From: Lama glama
Taxonomy: Eukaryota
DNA: 64,000 nucleotides
Assembly (NCBI GenBank): GCA_028534125.1
Contig: CM052816.1
Span: 18,912,001 to 18,976,000, forward strand
Reading direction: 5' to 3'
Position numbers and translations under genes: made by a program
Notes under the pieces: generated by a model
Database searches by the model: none
Seen by the model: only the letters and a program-made list of their open reading frames with translations
Told to the model about the DNA's origin: nothing
Shown: positions 24,979 through 38,929 of the stretch, in pieces
Layout: every line of letters starts with the position of its first letter
How positions within the stretch are numbered: the first letter of the stretch is position 1

Positions 24979-27900
24979 ACTTTCAGGGCCCAGCAGAAGA
25001 GTAGAGGGTGTGGGATTGTGTGGTAGCTAAGAAATGGTCAGTCAACTTCTCCCCTTAGACAACCCGAGTGAGTGTGGGCCTTTGGGAAGAAACGGTGACA
25101 CTTAAACCCCATAGAGCCAGCACCTTACAGAATCTTCCTGGGTCATTTCCCGGTTTCCCTGTTCCACCCTGGCCTCCCTCCCCAGCTCGACAAAGATTGG
25201 AGCTGATGCTCGTGGATTGTTAACTGGGGGGTGCATGGCACTTTGCCATCCCATCTGCTGAATGAGGACCCAAATCAAAATCCCTGTCCCCCTCTCTGTG
25301 TGTCTGTCCACATGAGATCCCCCTGATGTAAAGTATCAGGCTCTGGTTTCAGGAGAACAAAAGTCAGCCAAGCAGCTGTACCTCCCAGAGGACTGAGGAA
25401 TACCTCTCCTTGACAGTTTGGTTGGCATGTGCTGTGAGGGTCGGGGATTAGCTACTTCAGACGAGTAGTAATGGGATATGGGCCTTTGACATCTTATTCC
25501 CCTGGAGCCTGGGGAGGGCTGAAGCATATCAGGAAGCAGGGAGAAAGCCACGGAGACCTAAAGGTGTAACCCCTTCCCCACACACCAGACCCCTTCGAAT
25601 GCTGGCTTTGATCAAGTCCAGAGTGTTTCCCACTATAAGGCTGCTGACTTGCTCCCCTCCCTGAACCTGGGTGGGCCTGGGGTGGGAGAGAGGGCAGAGT
25701 CCCAAGATGCAGGCCATGCCAGCACCTCAGCCTCTCTGAGCCACTTGGAGCCCAGGCAGCTTTGGGGGGCACGTGAGCCCTTTAGGCTCACTGATTCTGT
25801 CCTCCCCATGTTCAGCCCTTGGGCTGGCATTCTGCTCTGAGGTTTCAGGATACGTCCAGCTGCCACTCTGAGCTGACTCACTCCAGATACTAAGGGGTTT
25901 CTGCACTTCCCACCAAGTCTGTTCAAAGAGCCCCTCATAAGATAGATACACAGAAGGGGCCCAAGCCCCAGTCCAGTGTCGAGTTCCCACTGTCTGTGGA
26001 GCTGAGAATGCAAGCTGCGAGCCAGACAGGCTCATTTAAACCCTGGCTCCTCTCCTTAAAAGCTGAGTGACTGTGAGCAAGTCATTCCATTTCTCCCACT
26101 TAATTCCTCCCAGTCCCAACTTTACAGGGCGATGTTGAGCATTAAAGGAGATAAATGTCAACACCGAAAGTAAGCAGTCAATACGTGGTAGCTGCTTACT
26201 GTTATCATCCTGCCTTTAAAACATCCAAGGGAAAACTGTAGTTTTGTGCCCTGTGTTGACCTACTTGGCTTAACATCACACCTATTAGGTGTCAAAAGTC
26301 CACAGCTGGGGTACATTTCTATGAAGGGAAGTTGGAACCTTCTGTGAACTTGGGCAAATTTCTATGCCTCAAGTTTCATCACTTGTAAAATAGAAATAAT
26401 AATAGTGTTTAATCTCAAAGAATTTTTTCGAAATACTAGGGGAGATAATTCAAGTAGAATATGTAAAACTTCATGTGGCACAAAGGAAAAGAGAGCTAAT
26501 AATACAATAATTTCATGTTACAAGAACATATTTAACAATCTAAGGACTCTTAAATCTGGGGAAGGGGGGAACACCTTAGAATCTAATCCTACCTTGCATC
26601 CAATAGTTAAATTTTTTTCAAGTTGTATATTTTTTTAACTGCTTTTGGATCCTGGGCCCCCTTGGAAAGCTGATAAATGCTATATTTCCTTTTTCCTGAA
26701 AAAAAATGCTCAGACTATTTTGTAAACAATACCAGGAGATTCTTTCATTCCTTTGAAGTTATCTTTATGGTTCCTTGGACTCCAGGTGAGTTATTCCTGC
26801 CTTAGATCATCCCAGATCAGGCCTCCAGAGGCTGCCTGAATGCTTCCAGTAACAGGAGCTTCACAACTCAGAAAGCAGCTCACTCTGTGGCTGGAAAAGT
26901 CCAAGTGCTAAAAAGGTTTAAAATTCATCCCTAAAATCAGGATCCTAAGAGAGGCTTCCTGAGGTCCATCTCTGGAGCAACACAGAGGCAGCATAATACC
27001 TTTTATAGGCACCAGCGCTTGATGTTTTTGGAAGGCAGGGCTCACGTTGTGACATATCTGACCATCTCCAGGCTAAACTTGCCTGTCTGCTCAGCCATTC
27101 CCAGTGATGGCTTCTGGGCCCTTTTCCATCCAGGGCACACCCCACCCTCCTGCGTGGGTGTGGCTAATTTCCTTTGTCAGGACATTGTATTTTCATTAAC
27201 CACTCCTAAGTCTGTGCTACTGTTCTTAGCAATCTCATCATATCCATTAAGCTGGCATTTAACTGATCCCCAAGGCCTCATTATAAGGACAGAGTGTCAA
27301 GCCACACAGACACACATTCCATCCTTGGGTTTGGGTAGCTGATCTTTGGAACCTGAGCCCACCACTTTACATTCATCCCAGTTAATTATTTTCTCACCGA
27401 TTTCTTCCCTAGCCCTCCAAACCTTGGGGGAGAGCCTGGCTCACATTCCATCATCCAGTGTGTTAATTCTGTCTCTCAGTCTTGAAACATTTGCACCTCC
27501 CGTACAGGATAAGAAATCATTGAGACCTGCGTATCTCCCTGTCTTCAGTTCAGGGCAAGGTGACTGACATGTGTTCTCATTTCCCCTTCACACCAACTCA
27601 ATGAAATAGGCATTGGCATCAATACTACCATCCCTGCTTTATAACCAAGAAGAGAGTCTGATGAAGACTCAGTCACCTGCATAACATCATCCAGTTACCT
27701 AGTAGCCAAGTCCAGATTTCAACCCAGTCCTGTCTGAGCCACACTCTCTCACCCCACCTCAGCACGTCTATGCCAAACAGCACTTTTCTAGATACGTTCT
27801 TCTCTCCAGCTAGGTTTCAGGATCTCTGACTATAGCAAACAGGTTTTGTCTCTGAATTCTCAGCCCCTAGCAATTACCTGGCATAGAGTAAGTGTTTTAT

Positions 27901-28689
27901 GACTAGCTGGGGAGGGAAAATAAAGGAAGGGGCCACTGTGGTCACTGTGGACTAGTCTGAGAGACTGCTTCTCGGAGCTGAGCCCTGAAGATCAGGCTCT
28001 TCTTTCAGAGAATTTATTCTACCCTGTGGAACATCAGGCTACACTGTCATCCACACATGACCACAAAGTTCTGGGTCCCCAACCCCCAGGACCATGTCGG
28101 CCCTAGGACAGTGACATTCATTCAGCCAAATCGCCGGAAAGCAGACTGAGAAGAGTGGGCAAGCATCCCCCCCACCACACCCCTGTCCACCCCTAAGCCC
28201 AGCCGTGGGCTCTCCGAGTGTGCCCCCCACTCTCCCACCACAACTGGCCTCCCCAACGCAGGGCTGCGTTTTGGGAGGGAGATGGTTCCAAAGCCTCTAG
28301 AGATTTCTCAAATGCTCTTGACAGGACAGCCAAATTCCTGACTAACTCAAACACTCTTTTGCATAAAACAGACTCTCCGGTGAACTCAGAGTACTGAGGA
28401 CTCTCGCTAAAGAGAAGAAGCTTAATAGACAATACCAAACACCACCAGTGAAGTCAAACTACCGGCTGGGTGTTGAACTAGTTTCGTCCACACAGCATCA
28501 TTTTCCATGCCCCTCACGGCATACAACCTCTTGTAGGCCTGTTCTTTTTGCTACAGGCTGCAAGGCCTCACTTCTGAAAAACGGTGAGCAGGAGGTCCAC
28601 TAAACATTATCTCTGTGGGGTAAAAGACTGAAAGAAAGACCCAGGGAAGGCGATCTGGGCCCAGTGGCCACGTGAAGGCGAAAGAGCGA

Positions 28690-29240
28690 AAGCGCCATCT
28701 TGTGGTTATATCACAACTTGCGTGCTGCTTAACTTACCACTTTCTTAGTAACAACATCCCAGCATCCCACTCTTTCCTTTGGAGGCCCCTTCCTAAACCT
28801 GTGAAACCTGAGGGGACTGTAAATCATGACACCCACCCCGACCCGACCCGACCCGACCCCCAAGAGTAGGGAATGGGAGTAATGACCCAGAATGGCCAGA
28901 GCTCAGCATCCTCCCCCCAGCACACTGATTGGCTGAGATCTGAACACATGACCCAAGAAAGCCAATCAGGGACTGTAAAAGATTTAGTAGGTGGAAGCGG
29001 GACAAAGAGGCTTCCCTTCACTTTGATCACAAGTCGTAAAGATGTGGACTCAGGGCCGGGAGGTCATCTTTAGGAACCTTTTAAGAAAACCTGCCTGAGA
29101 ACACAGCCAACACACAGAAGGAATCAAAGCAGAGAAACGGAGGGACAGGACCACGTGCACATGGGTTAGCCCTGGATCTAGCTTCGCCTGAAGTTGTACC
29201 CAACCCTCTTTTACCAGCTACAGGAGCCAACTTATTCTTA
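28690..29240 (+). mobile_element. Old ERVL-type LTR (LTR16-like) containing an (ACCCG)n microsatellite
   Basis: CATGACCCAAGAAAGCCAATCAG and CCTGGATCTAGCTTCGCCTGAAG motifs; family assignment uncertain. Confidence 0.45.
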
Positions 29241-32200
29241 TCAAGAGACATAACATATAAAGGAGTGTGTTTCCTTAATAAAGGAAAAAAGAAGGATGGG
29301 GAGGGGGGTAGGGGGAAGCAAGGTCCAGGTGCATGAAATAATACTTACATTAACTTTATAAATAATAAGGCTTTTAAAAACAAATAACTATGAATAACAA
29401 CTCTATTGAATTAAAACCTGAAATAAAAATAATTACATACTATAATAAATTTTAAAGCCATGGATTTTCAACTGAGCTAAAATTAAAAGCTAACATGGAA
29501 GAAAGATGTCCACTAAAAGTTCAAAAAGAAGTGATTGCTAAGTATAATACACATTTTCCAAGTATTTTGTATTTTTAAATATCTCTTAGCAGCCTGTGTG
29601 GCAAAATGGAAATATCCTCTGGAACTGCTGAATAAACCCTTTATGTCAATAATCCCATTTCTAAGACTGTCCTAAAAGAAGAATTCCAATCTAGGAAATG
29701 AATACTTGTATGGAGATGTTCACTGAAGCTCTGTTTACCATAGGTGAAAATAAAGAAATTCAAAAGGTTAGGATACAATTGCGTATGTTATGGTATGTTG
29801 ATTTCACTAAATATATATAGCCAGGCAAGTTGTTCATATGTCAACTATAGAAATATTTATTCAAACATTTGTTGAAGACCAACAATAAATTTACTCAGTT
29901 CTTATTATGGGCTATGTATTATACATACTTCATATAATTTAATCCTAAAACAATTTAAATGTTAGGTACTTTTTTGCAAACTCTTTTAAAGGTGAGTAGT
30001 CTAAGGCTTGGAGGAACTTACAACTTTTAGTGAAAGTGACAGATGAGTCTGCACCCTGGAGTCTAAGTCTCAAGTCCACACACATGCCCATTATGAACCA
30101 GGAGAGGCACTGAGGAGGTCACCTGAGTGCCATGTGTAGGCAGCATATAGCCTGTGTGGGGGATGTTTTGTATGGTTAGCTGTCCTTCCCAGCTTATGTT
30201 CCAGGCGGAGGTGAAGGGAAGGGCCCTTATTGGGTCTACGAGGGGTCAGGCACTATGCGAGGTACTTTGTTTCCATGGTCTACATTATCCCTTACAGTGA
30301 TCCCTAGGGGAGGACTTTACAGTCCTTTATTTCTACGAAAGCTGAGCTCTGAGAGAAAAAGAGTTTTGCTTCCAGTCAGGGACATGGCCCCTTATCTATG
30401 TGGGTACAGGAAGATGGACAGGAGAAATCATGGAGACCTGCTCAGTTGAAGTGGAGGGTATGGGGCTGGGAATGGCGTGGGGGGCTGTGAAAGTCAGGCA
30501 GAGGATACCTGTGCCCAAAAACCTGGAATGGGGAGAAGAAGAGTATTATATGAATGGCTGCCATGATTGCATCCTTACTCTGTGCCAACACTCTATGGTC
30601 ATCTCACCTCATCCTATGAGCAGGCCTTCAGTCTAGGCATTATTATCCCATTTTACAGATTAGGACAACCAGCAAGTGAGTAGCACAACCAGGCTACAAA
30701 ACTAAATAACAATCCACACTCTCTACAGCACAGCACGTGGCCTCTCTGGAGCCCAGCACTCTCCACACCTGGACGGCTAAATCCATGGCACATCTCCAAA
30801 CAGTGGAGCTAGAGGGGGGCTGGGGTGGTGTACCCCACATCGTTCTGGGGAGGGGATGAGGTTCTGCATGGCAGCAGCACGGCTGGTGGGAGACAGTAGC
30901 CCAACTCCCCACTAATTGTCTCCCTTTGTGTGTTCAGTTAAGGACTCAGAAGAAACCAATCTTTGTGTCTTTTCATGGTTAAAATTCTACATGGAACAGA
31001 AACCTCAAAGCAGCCACCAAGCCAGTCTTTGTTGGGTTTCTAGGCAGTAAGGATGCTGCATCTCAACACTTGGTGCTCAGAGAGAAAGAGGCTCAGTTAT
31101 TCAAAGGGAAACTCAACAAGAGCCTTTTTCTCCCAAGTCCTTGCAATTTTGGACTCACTTTTAATCCCCGGAAGAAACGTTGGATCCCTTTTCTCCTCCA
31201 CATGGCATCGTTGTTCCTGCAAGTTCAGAAACTGTAAGTGGAAGATTTTCATGAGTTGGGTGGTTCCCATTTTCTACCCCATCCTGGTAGAATCGGCTTG
31301 CTTTTTGGAACCTTGAAACCTTCATTTCTGAAAAAGCTCAATACACTCGGGGGGGAATAGATAGATATAGATATATACATAAACACACACACACACACTC
31401 TTGAATTCTGGTTTCAAAATACAAAGAAATACATGCATTGTAGTTCCACAAACAAGCCTTAACTGCATTCCTCCAAAATAAGGTGCCAGGCAGGTTTCTG
31501 AAGAAGCCATTCAAAGGGAGCTTTGGCTTGTCCTAAAATAGCATAGTTATCCTTAAAGAAAAGCTAAAAGCAGGTTTAGATGCCTGGGTTCCCCAAATAC
31601 CCTCTTCCAGGTAGGAAAGGGGCCGTTTCCAGCTCCTTGAAGAATAAACAGGTTCTAGGTGCAAAGATCTCCTGCCTTTTCTGGGCCCTGAGTTCCTCTC
31701 TGAGCCAGTCATCATTATCAGGACAGTCTCTTCCAGAGAAGCGAAAATGTGTGGGGTCCCCACTGGGATTCCGTCAAATCCTCAGGCTCCCCTGAGAAGA
31801 GGACGCTATTCCCACCCTGGAGGTGTGGCACCTGGAGCTCGAGAATATAAGGAACCCCAGGCCAGCAAGTGGCAAAGCTGGAGGTGAGCCAACACCATCA
31901 GACTGCGGTCTGAGTTTTTTTTGCCCCAGCCCCCTGCACCCTGGCCCCTCTGAAAACCCCGTGCTCCATGGAGGAGAAGATCTATAAACCTGTAGATTAG
32001 ACTGTGGTGCTGACGTGGGAGATTCTGCTCCTTCTCTTCAAGGGGCTTTCCTTCCACTGAGCCACAATCAGCCTATTCCCAAACAAATGTCCTCTGACCT
32101 CTCTCCTAAGACAAGGTGGGCCTCCAGACTCTTCTTTATTATTCCCATCAGCCAACCAATTACACACAAAATCTCTGCTCAAGGATCCTGGGATCCAAAG

Positions 32201-32269
32201 GTGGAAGTGATTCAGTCATTTGGGAGAGAGGTTTGACAGAATATTGTCATCAAAAATGTCCATTTCTGG

Positions 32270-32704
32270 AATACTACTCAACTATAAAAAGAATGAGATT
32301 TGCAGCAACATGGATGGACCTAGAGATTATCATACTGAGTGAAGTAAGTCAGACAGATAAACAAATATATGATATCACTTATATGTGGAATCTTGAAAAA
32401 AAAAAGATACAAATTCTATTTACAAGTCAAAAACAGACTCGCAGACATAGAAAACAAACTATGGTTACCAAAGGGGAAGAAGGGAGGGATAAATTAGGGG
32501 TTGGGGATTAACAGACACACATTACTATATATAAAGTAGATAAATAACAAGGTCAGGGAACTATATTCAATTTCTTATAATAACATATAATGGGAAAGAA
32601 TCTGAAAAAAAATATATATGTATATATATGTAAAAGTGAATCACTTTGCTGTACACCTGAAACTAACATTGTAAATCAACTACAATTCAATAAAAAATTT
32701 TTTC
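32270..32704 (+). mobile_element. 5'-truncated L1 (cetartiodactyl-type 3' end) with target-site duplication
   Basis: ORF2 C-terminal remnant FAATWMDLEIIILSEVSQT; 3' UTR GGGATAAATTAGG...TCACTTTGCTGTACACCTGAAACTAACATTGTAAATCAACT; AATAAA tail; TSD AAATGTCCATTTCTGG (32254-32269) / AAATGCCCATTTCTGG (32705-32720). Confidence 0.9.
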
Positions 32705-32805
32705 AAATGCCCATTTCTGGCATCCTACAAAATATCTGACCAGCATTCCTTAAAGGGGTGGCACACTCAAATGGGGCAATTAAAGGCAATTTAATAAAGG
32801 AAAAT

Positions 32806-33041
32806 CAGTGGTGTGCTGGGACCAGCTCAACCAACCTATGAGAGTGGATGGATTGTTACATGTTCAGAATTTTTGTAAGCTGATTATGAAATTGTTGGTA
32901 ACTGGATGGTGGAAGAATTTACACCACAGAAATCAGGAAATGATACAAATCAGGGTTTGGTTTGGTTTGGCTTGGTTTGGTTTGGTTTGGTTTGGTTTTT
33001 CCCAGAGAGCCACTTATTAAACATGTACCAGCACACTCCTG
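32806..33041. mobile_element. hAT-type MITE with an internal (TTTGG)n repeat
   Basis: Terminal inverted repeats CAGTGGTGTGCTGG / CCAGCACACTCCTG (12 of 14 match). Confidence 0.6.
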
Positions 33042-36000
33042 AGAGAATTTATTAAAAGGTGGGCAAAGTTAAGGAAAGCCAAAAGGGATAATGCAGTCCC
33101 CTGGGGTTAGGGACAGTGGGGAGCTGTTAGCAACTGAGCCCTGAAGGAGTGAGAGTGACAGTGTAGCTGGAGGGGAGGACCGTCCACAGAGCCCTGGAGA
33201 GAGCCCAGCCAGCAGGGCAGGAGATGGGAATGAAATACCTGAGTCTCGCCCATTCCCACTTCACCATTTCTGGCCAGTGCCTGCCACTGACTGAGCCCAC
33301 CTGAAAGCAGAGGGTGAGGGGGCCCCCAGTGAAGCCCATAATGACCAGCCTCTGGGTAGCATGCAGAAGAACGAGAGGGAGAGTAGATCTGGGGGCACCT
33401 TGTATCCAGAACAATATGCCACCAATTGTTTAAAAAAAGAACATAGTCTATTGCACAAGTACATACCTACACTTCCAGAAGAGCCCTCAAATAACTGGTA
33501 ACAATGGCTACCTCCAGGGAAGGATGCTAAGCAACTAGGGTCAACAGACTTTCTTTTCATTACACTCCCTTTCATATTGTCTGACTTTTATTCCTGTGCA
33601 TATATTATCTCTTTAAAAAGAAGTTAGTTTTCTCAGAAAGCACTGCTTTACACATTTGGGTGTCCAGAGCTCTCTGCTTCTTGGCACAGTAACTAGCTGC
33701 CACAGTGCACGATTTCAGGGCGCACCATCTGCTACGGAGAGACGCCTCCCAGAATAACACAATGCAGCAACTGGTCAGGAACAACGCTAATGCTCCCATG
33801 ACACATGGTAGGATCTGCAATGGGGGAAAACATGGACTTGGGAGTTGGACTCTGCTCCAGATTGGTTCTGGGAACCGGGCAAACGCTCTGACCTTCAGGG
33901 CCCTGGACTGCGATGGAAGAAAAACACCACTATCTCATTGGGGCAAAACTGGGTTGGTTTGGGGGCCAAGGAGACAGGATTTCCTTCAAGGCAGAGACAT
34001 TGCAATCCCCATCAAGGGACTGGGGAACTGCCCTCTAAGAGCTTTTCTTTCCAAGTCTTTTGCATCCACCTCCCGGCCTTCCAGTCTGGAAAAGCCTTGC
34101 AGGAGTGAGTAGATGCCTTTGGGAGATGGGTGCCAGGCTCCACCTTGTGGCTGCTCCTTGGAGGCGACAAAGGATTCCCAAAGTGACCTCAGGGCTTGCA
34201 AGGGCCCAGATAAAGACTTCACCCACAAATTCACCCGACTCCTTTGACACCTTAGCCTCCTCTGCCCTCGCTCCCTTTCATCACTATCACCCCTGCAAAG
34301 ATTAGCCCAGGTCCCACCTGGGACCATGACTGCACATCGACTTCCAAAAGCCCCTCTGCTGATCAGGAGGGAGCCCCTCAGAGGCCCTCAGACAAGGTCA
34401 CATCCACCCGCTGAGGCCCTCAACAGGACAAAACACCAAAGCAGAATGCTGCAGCATCTCTGGTCTACATTTAATAAACAAATGCTTTTGAACCTCTGCC
34501 AAAATGTTTAATGAAATGCTGTCACAGAACCCATACGGTTTTTGGCAGACTTTTAAAAACATTAATTAGTAGTGTAATAATACTGCAATCTAGAAACAGA
34601 GGCACATTCAAAGATGTATGCTACCTGTCTTCTCTTCAGCCTGTCGTTTTTAATTATAAGTTCATCAGAGACCACGTTCACATTTAAATGGCAGCCCCTC
34701 CCTGAATGGGAGGCAAACAACTCCCCTGCACACCAGCCCCTGCAGCCAGCCCCCCAGCTCCCACTACAGAGCACGACTAAGATTTGCATGGAGCACTGGG
34801 ACACACAACTCTGATTCACTCCCACAAGATGCTTGAGAAGGCACGAGTGGGAGAAGGGGCGGGACTGGCCAAGGGGACCCGGATTCCACACCTGCTGCTG
34901 AGGGACCACAGATGCTTCTGATAAAGTTGGGGCTGTAAGGGGCCTCATCCATTGGCCTCTTGGTGACAGACAGGAACTGAGGCCCAGAAGGGGGAAGGGT
35001 CTCAGACTAGACCCCAGCTCCCTTCCTGAATGTTTTTTTGTGGAGCCACGCTGGCTTTGGTTGAGGCTCAGAGAAAGATGTCTTTATTGTGATAGAATGG
35101 TGAAGGGGAGCCATGCCCACCTGAATAGACTGGATCCCATTCCCTGGGAAGTGCCGTGAGCTTCCCCCGGTTCAGCTTCGTGGCTGTAGGAGCTAAATTC
35201 TGGAAAGTCTCCAGCAGTTCACCTTGTCTTATTCACAAACAGGTGAACTGAGGTCACAAAGGGAACACAGCCTCATCAGGAGACCTCAGTGGGGGTGGGG
35301 GGACAGCAGCCTAGAGGCTCTTCCTACACCCTACATAACAACAGGAAGTTGAGTCCCCAGTGACGGAGGCCTTGGCCCCAGCCCCACTTGGCACCACAGT
35401 GTAATGCATCCTATCTGCTCTAGTGGGCAGAGCAGGGCCAGGGACACAGGTAGGAGCTGGGGGATGGGGGGCAGTCTGCAGGCAGGAAGATGGGGGCTTT
35501 GCCAGCTGCATTGTGCACTTCCCCCCGCAAAACCAGAAGCAACAATTGCCTCTTTGTGACCCGGGAGCAGAGAAAATGGTTTCTTACTAATTTTAATAGA
35601 AACTACAAGAAAGAAACAGAAAGCACATCTTTCATTCTTTCAGTGGACATAGGCACTTGAAAAATAAAACATGCTTATTCTGAACACAGAAGACAAACTC
35701 AGCCATTTCTCCCTGATTCTCTATGTTGGAGGATGGGGGCAGTGGGGACACCACTTGACCCCCGCTGTCCTCTGCTGTGGTGCTGGTGACATCCTCACCT
35801 CCTCACTAGATGGTGAGCCCTGCCAAGGGCAGACCCTGGGGCCAAGGCTTCTCAGGGACATTCCCAGGGCTCAGCCCAGCACCCAAATCTAGTAGGAGCT
35901 CAGTCAATATTGATGACCAACCTCATGAACAGCTACCTAGACTCATCACTAATTACAGTAAAGCACGGAAAGCTCATGCGTGCAACCTTGTGAACCTCAT

Positions 36001-36269
36001 GGGAATCAGAAAGCATGGATGAACAAAGTCTAACAACAGTCCTCCAGGAACAAGTTATCTTACACATACAAGGTTTACAGGTTTCCAATTTTGTGGATAA
36101 TGGTCCCATAAAAGGTCTCTTCTAGCTCTCGTATTCTAGAGCTCTAGGCCACACAGGGCCCATGTGGGTTCACCAGCTCTCGACCCAAGGACGCAAAGAC
36201 CCAGGGGAGGAGGAGCAGCACCAAGCTGCTATGGGATCAGAATTCCACCTTATTTTTTGTTCATTTATA

Positions 36270-36760
36270 ATTTTCCCATTTAAAACCATTAACTTGAATA
36301 TGAGATTTATACAGTTAATTTTTAAATGTTTTAAAAATGAAAAGATACAAGATAAATGCTCTCCCTTGCATTCCTGTCCCCCACTCACTCACTCAGGCAG
36401 CCACTGTGTTGATGGTTTCCTGTGCATGTTCTAGAGTTTCTTTTGGCTCAGACAAGTGAGATGAATACTAATTTTATATTCCCTCTTATAAACCATCGCA
36501 TGCTGTGCACACTGTGTGCACCTTAGTCTTTGCTGCTGTTTTGTTTTGCTCTCTTAATACACCTTGGGGACTTCTCCATATCAGTGCATAAAGACTTTGC
36601 TCATCATTTTCTTACAGCTGTGTAGCATTCTTTTATATGGATGCAACATACTTTATTTGCCACTCCTCTATTCTTACATGGGTCGTTTCTACCTTTTATA
36701 TTTCAAACAATACTGTAGTGAGTAGCTTACATTACTTCACAGTTATGCAAAAATACTTGC
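36270..36760 (-). mobile_element. Old L1M fragment
   Basis: AT-rich, TTCTCCATATCAGTGCATAAAGAC...TTACAGCTGTGTAGCATTC antisense L1ME-like motifs. Confidence 0.55.
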
Positions 36761-37096
36761 TTGCTTGCTTGGGTTTTGTTTCTTTGCTGGAGCCTCTCCA
36801 GGCTTCTCAAGCCATCCCAGATCCCTCACTTTTTCCACATCCCCTTTTTTATTTTCTGAGATCCTTTGATGCCCTTGAGGAAGGAGAGCGGGGAGCCCAA
36901 ATTCCCAACTCAACCCTCTCTATTCTGGAGAAGAAGCTGTGCCTCTGAGTTCTCCTGCATTCTCTCCAGCCCTCAGCCCACTCCTCTACCCACAACCTTA
37001 CCCACCAGCCCAGTTCAAGCCTGCATACTCCCCAGGTGACTAAGAAATACTTCAGCAGGGATGGAGCTAAGCTTTCTCTGGAGTTGTACATTTTTA

Positions 37097-37110
37097 CCAA
37101 CAGGTGGCGC
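37097..37110 (+). promoter_or_regulatory. CTCF-like motif
   Basis: CCAACAGGTGGCGC, one mismatch to the CTCF core. Confidence 0.55.
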
Positions 37111-37354
37111 TGCTGTCCACCTTTAGGCAGCTAAGATGCTCCACGGGAAGCCTTGCTCATCAAAGAAAAACAAACTCCTTAGGGCGTTGTGTAGATTTAA
37201 TAGTGGCTTTTCAGTCATATGACTGTCCACACACCTCTCTATATGATCCTCCCAACAGCCTAAGGCCATGACTGCAATTTTCTCTGGTTTTCCCTTTCTC
37301 TGCCCTTTTCCACGCAGCAGTTGTGTGCAGTTCATATTGTTTCCCTGTATATGG

Positions 37355-37950
37355 GAGACAGAATCACCTAGTGGTTATGAACTCGGGCTCTTGAATCAGA
37401 CTTACGTTCAAAGCCTGATTCCACTGCTGACTTGCTCCACGTCCTCCGGCAATTGAATTCACCTGTCTGAGCTTCCACCGCCTTCTCCGCGTGACAGGAG
37501 TATGACGGTGCACACCTCATCCAGTTGGCGTGATGACTAAATCGGGTGTAACATGAGCACAGTGCTAGGTACATGGTGCACCATCCGTAATGTCTGCTCT
37601 GACTCATGTTACGTTGATACGCATTGTCCGTCCAAAGTTTGCACCTGGCCCCTGAAGGCTTTCTTAACATACCCTGGTCTTCCATTAGTTCTTCACACAA
37701 TATAAGCTTGTTCCTGCCCCAGAATCAGCACTTGCCTGGGCCTCTGCCTGAAATGCTCTCCCTCCAGCTCTCCCCATGGCTGCCTCCTTCTCATCCCTCA
37801 AGTCTCAGCTTCCACATCATCTCAGAGATCCTACCACTTCAGCTAGAGTAGGTTTCTCCTGTTCTTTCCCACACAGTTACCCTATTTATTCAGAACTTGT
37901 TACCACCTCTGTTATCTTAGATGTTTATTCATTTTTGTGACTGTGGTCTG
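37355..37950 (+). mobile_element. MIR followed by an L2 fragment
   Basis: GTTCAAAGCCTGATTCCACTGCTGACTTGCT (MIR); CCTCTGCCTGAAATGCTCTCC...CTCAGCTTCCACATCATCTCAGAG (L2). Confidence 0.55.
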
Positions 37951-38929
37951 TTTTCCTGTTGGGAAAGGGCAGAAGGGCAGCTCCATTGGGCTTCCCAGCA
38001 CTACACACAGTGACCCCGGCACCCAGGAGACACACCATAAAGTGACAGGTGATTGGCTGAGTGGGTGAAAGCATGTAGGCAGAGTCCCAAGAAAATTCTG
38101 ACCACTGGCTGCTTTGCGTGCTTCTGTTCTGAGTCCTAGGCAGACTACCAGCTCTTTGAGGGCAGGAATAGGGTCTTGTCCCATACCCAGCCTTCAGCTG
38201 GACCCACTGCCAGTGCTCAGTGGGTGGAATCAGGACTTGGGGGAAGGTGAGGAGCAACTGAGAGGGCTGCTGAGGGTTTGATAAGAAGGCAGGGACCCTC
38301 CCATCCCCACCCAAAACATGCCACCTGGGTCATTTCCTGGGAACAATGGAGATGCGCTTCTGGCCCCTGCTACTCCAAATGGCTTTCCTTGGAACCAGTC
38401 CCAGGTCGCTTCCAGCTGATGGTCACCCACCCAGGTGTGCCTTGTCCTCAGCAACCACTCAGCCCCCGCTCAGCTTTGAGAAGTCTCTCCTATGCCCTGC
38501 CCTCGCAAGCATTCCGGGGATGTTTGGGACTGGAGTTCTGTTCTGTTTGGGACTGGAGAGCCAGCCCACACCCACACCTACGCTGCTTAGAGAAGCACTT
38601 CTGCACAGATCTCTTTCATAAAGACAAGAGCCCTCTCCTACTCCAGCAGATGCAGAGGTCTCCTCTGACACAAAAGGTATGATTCAGAGAGTCCCAGGGA
38701 TTTGGGCATGACACAAAACCATCCTACAGGAGTCAGGCCCAAGTCAGAAAGGTGCTCTGTCCAGCCAAGCTGAAAAATGTCCCCATGTCTAGAAAGAGAC
38801 GCCTCAGGATCACATAGCTTTGCACGACAAAGAACTAAATCACTCATACTTCATTCTCACTTCAGTCCAGAACTTCCCGGAGCTGAGAAGTTACACACAT
38901 AGGCAGAAGCTGGGCACACACACTTCACC

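Noticed and set aside
32116..32511. 131-aa ORF containing FAATWMDLEIIILSEVSQ
   Set aside because: L1 ORF2 C-terminal remnant, not a host gene.
37106..37125. GGCGCTGCTGTCC resembling a REST/RE1 half site
   Set aside because: Spacing is wrong and the GGTGCTGAA half is missing.
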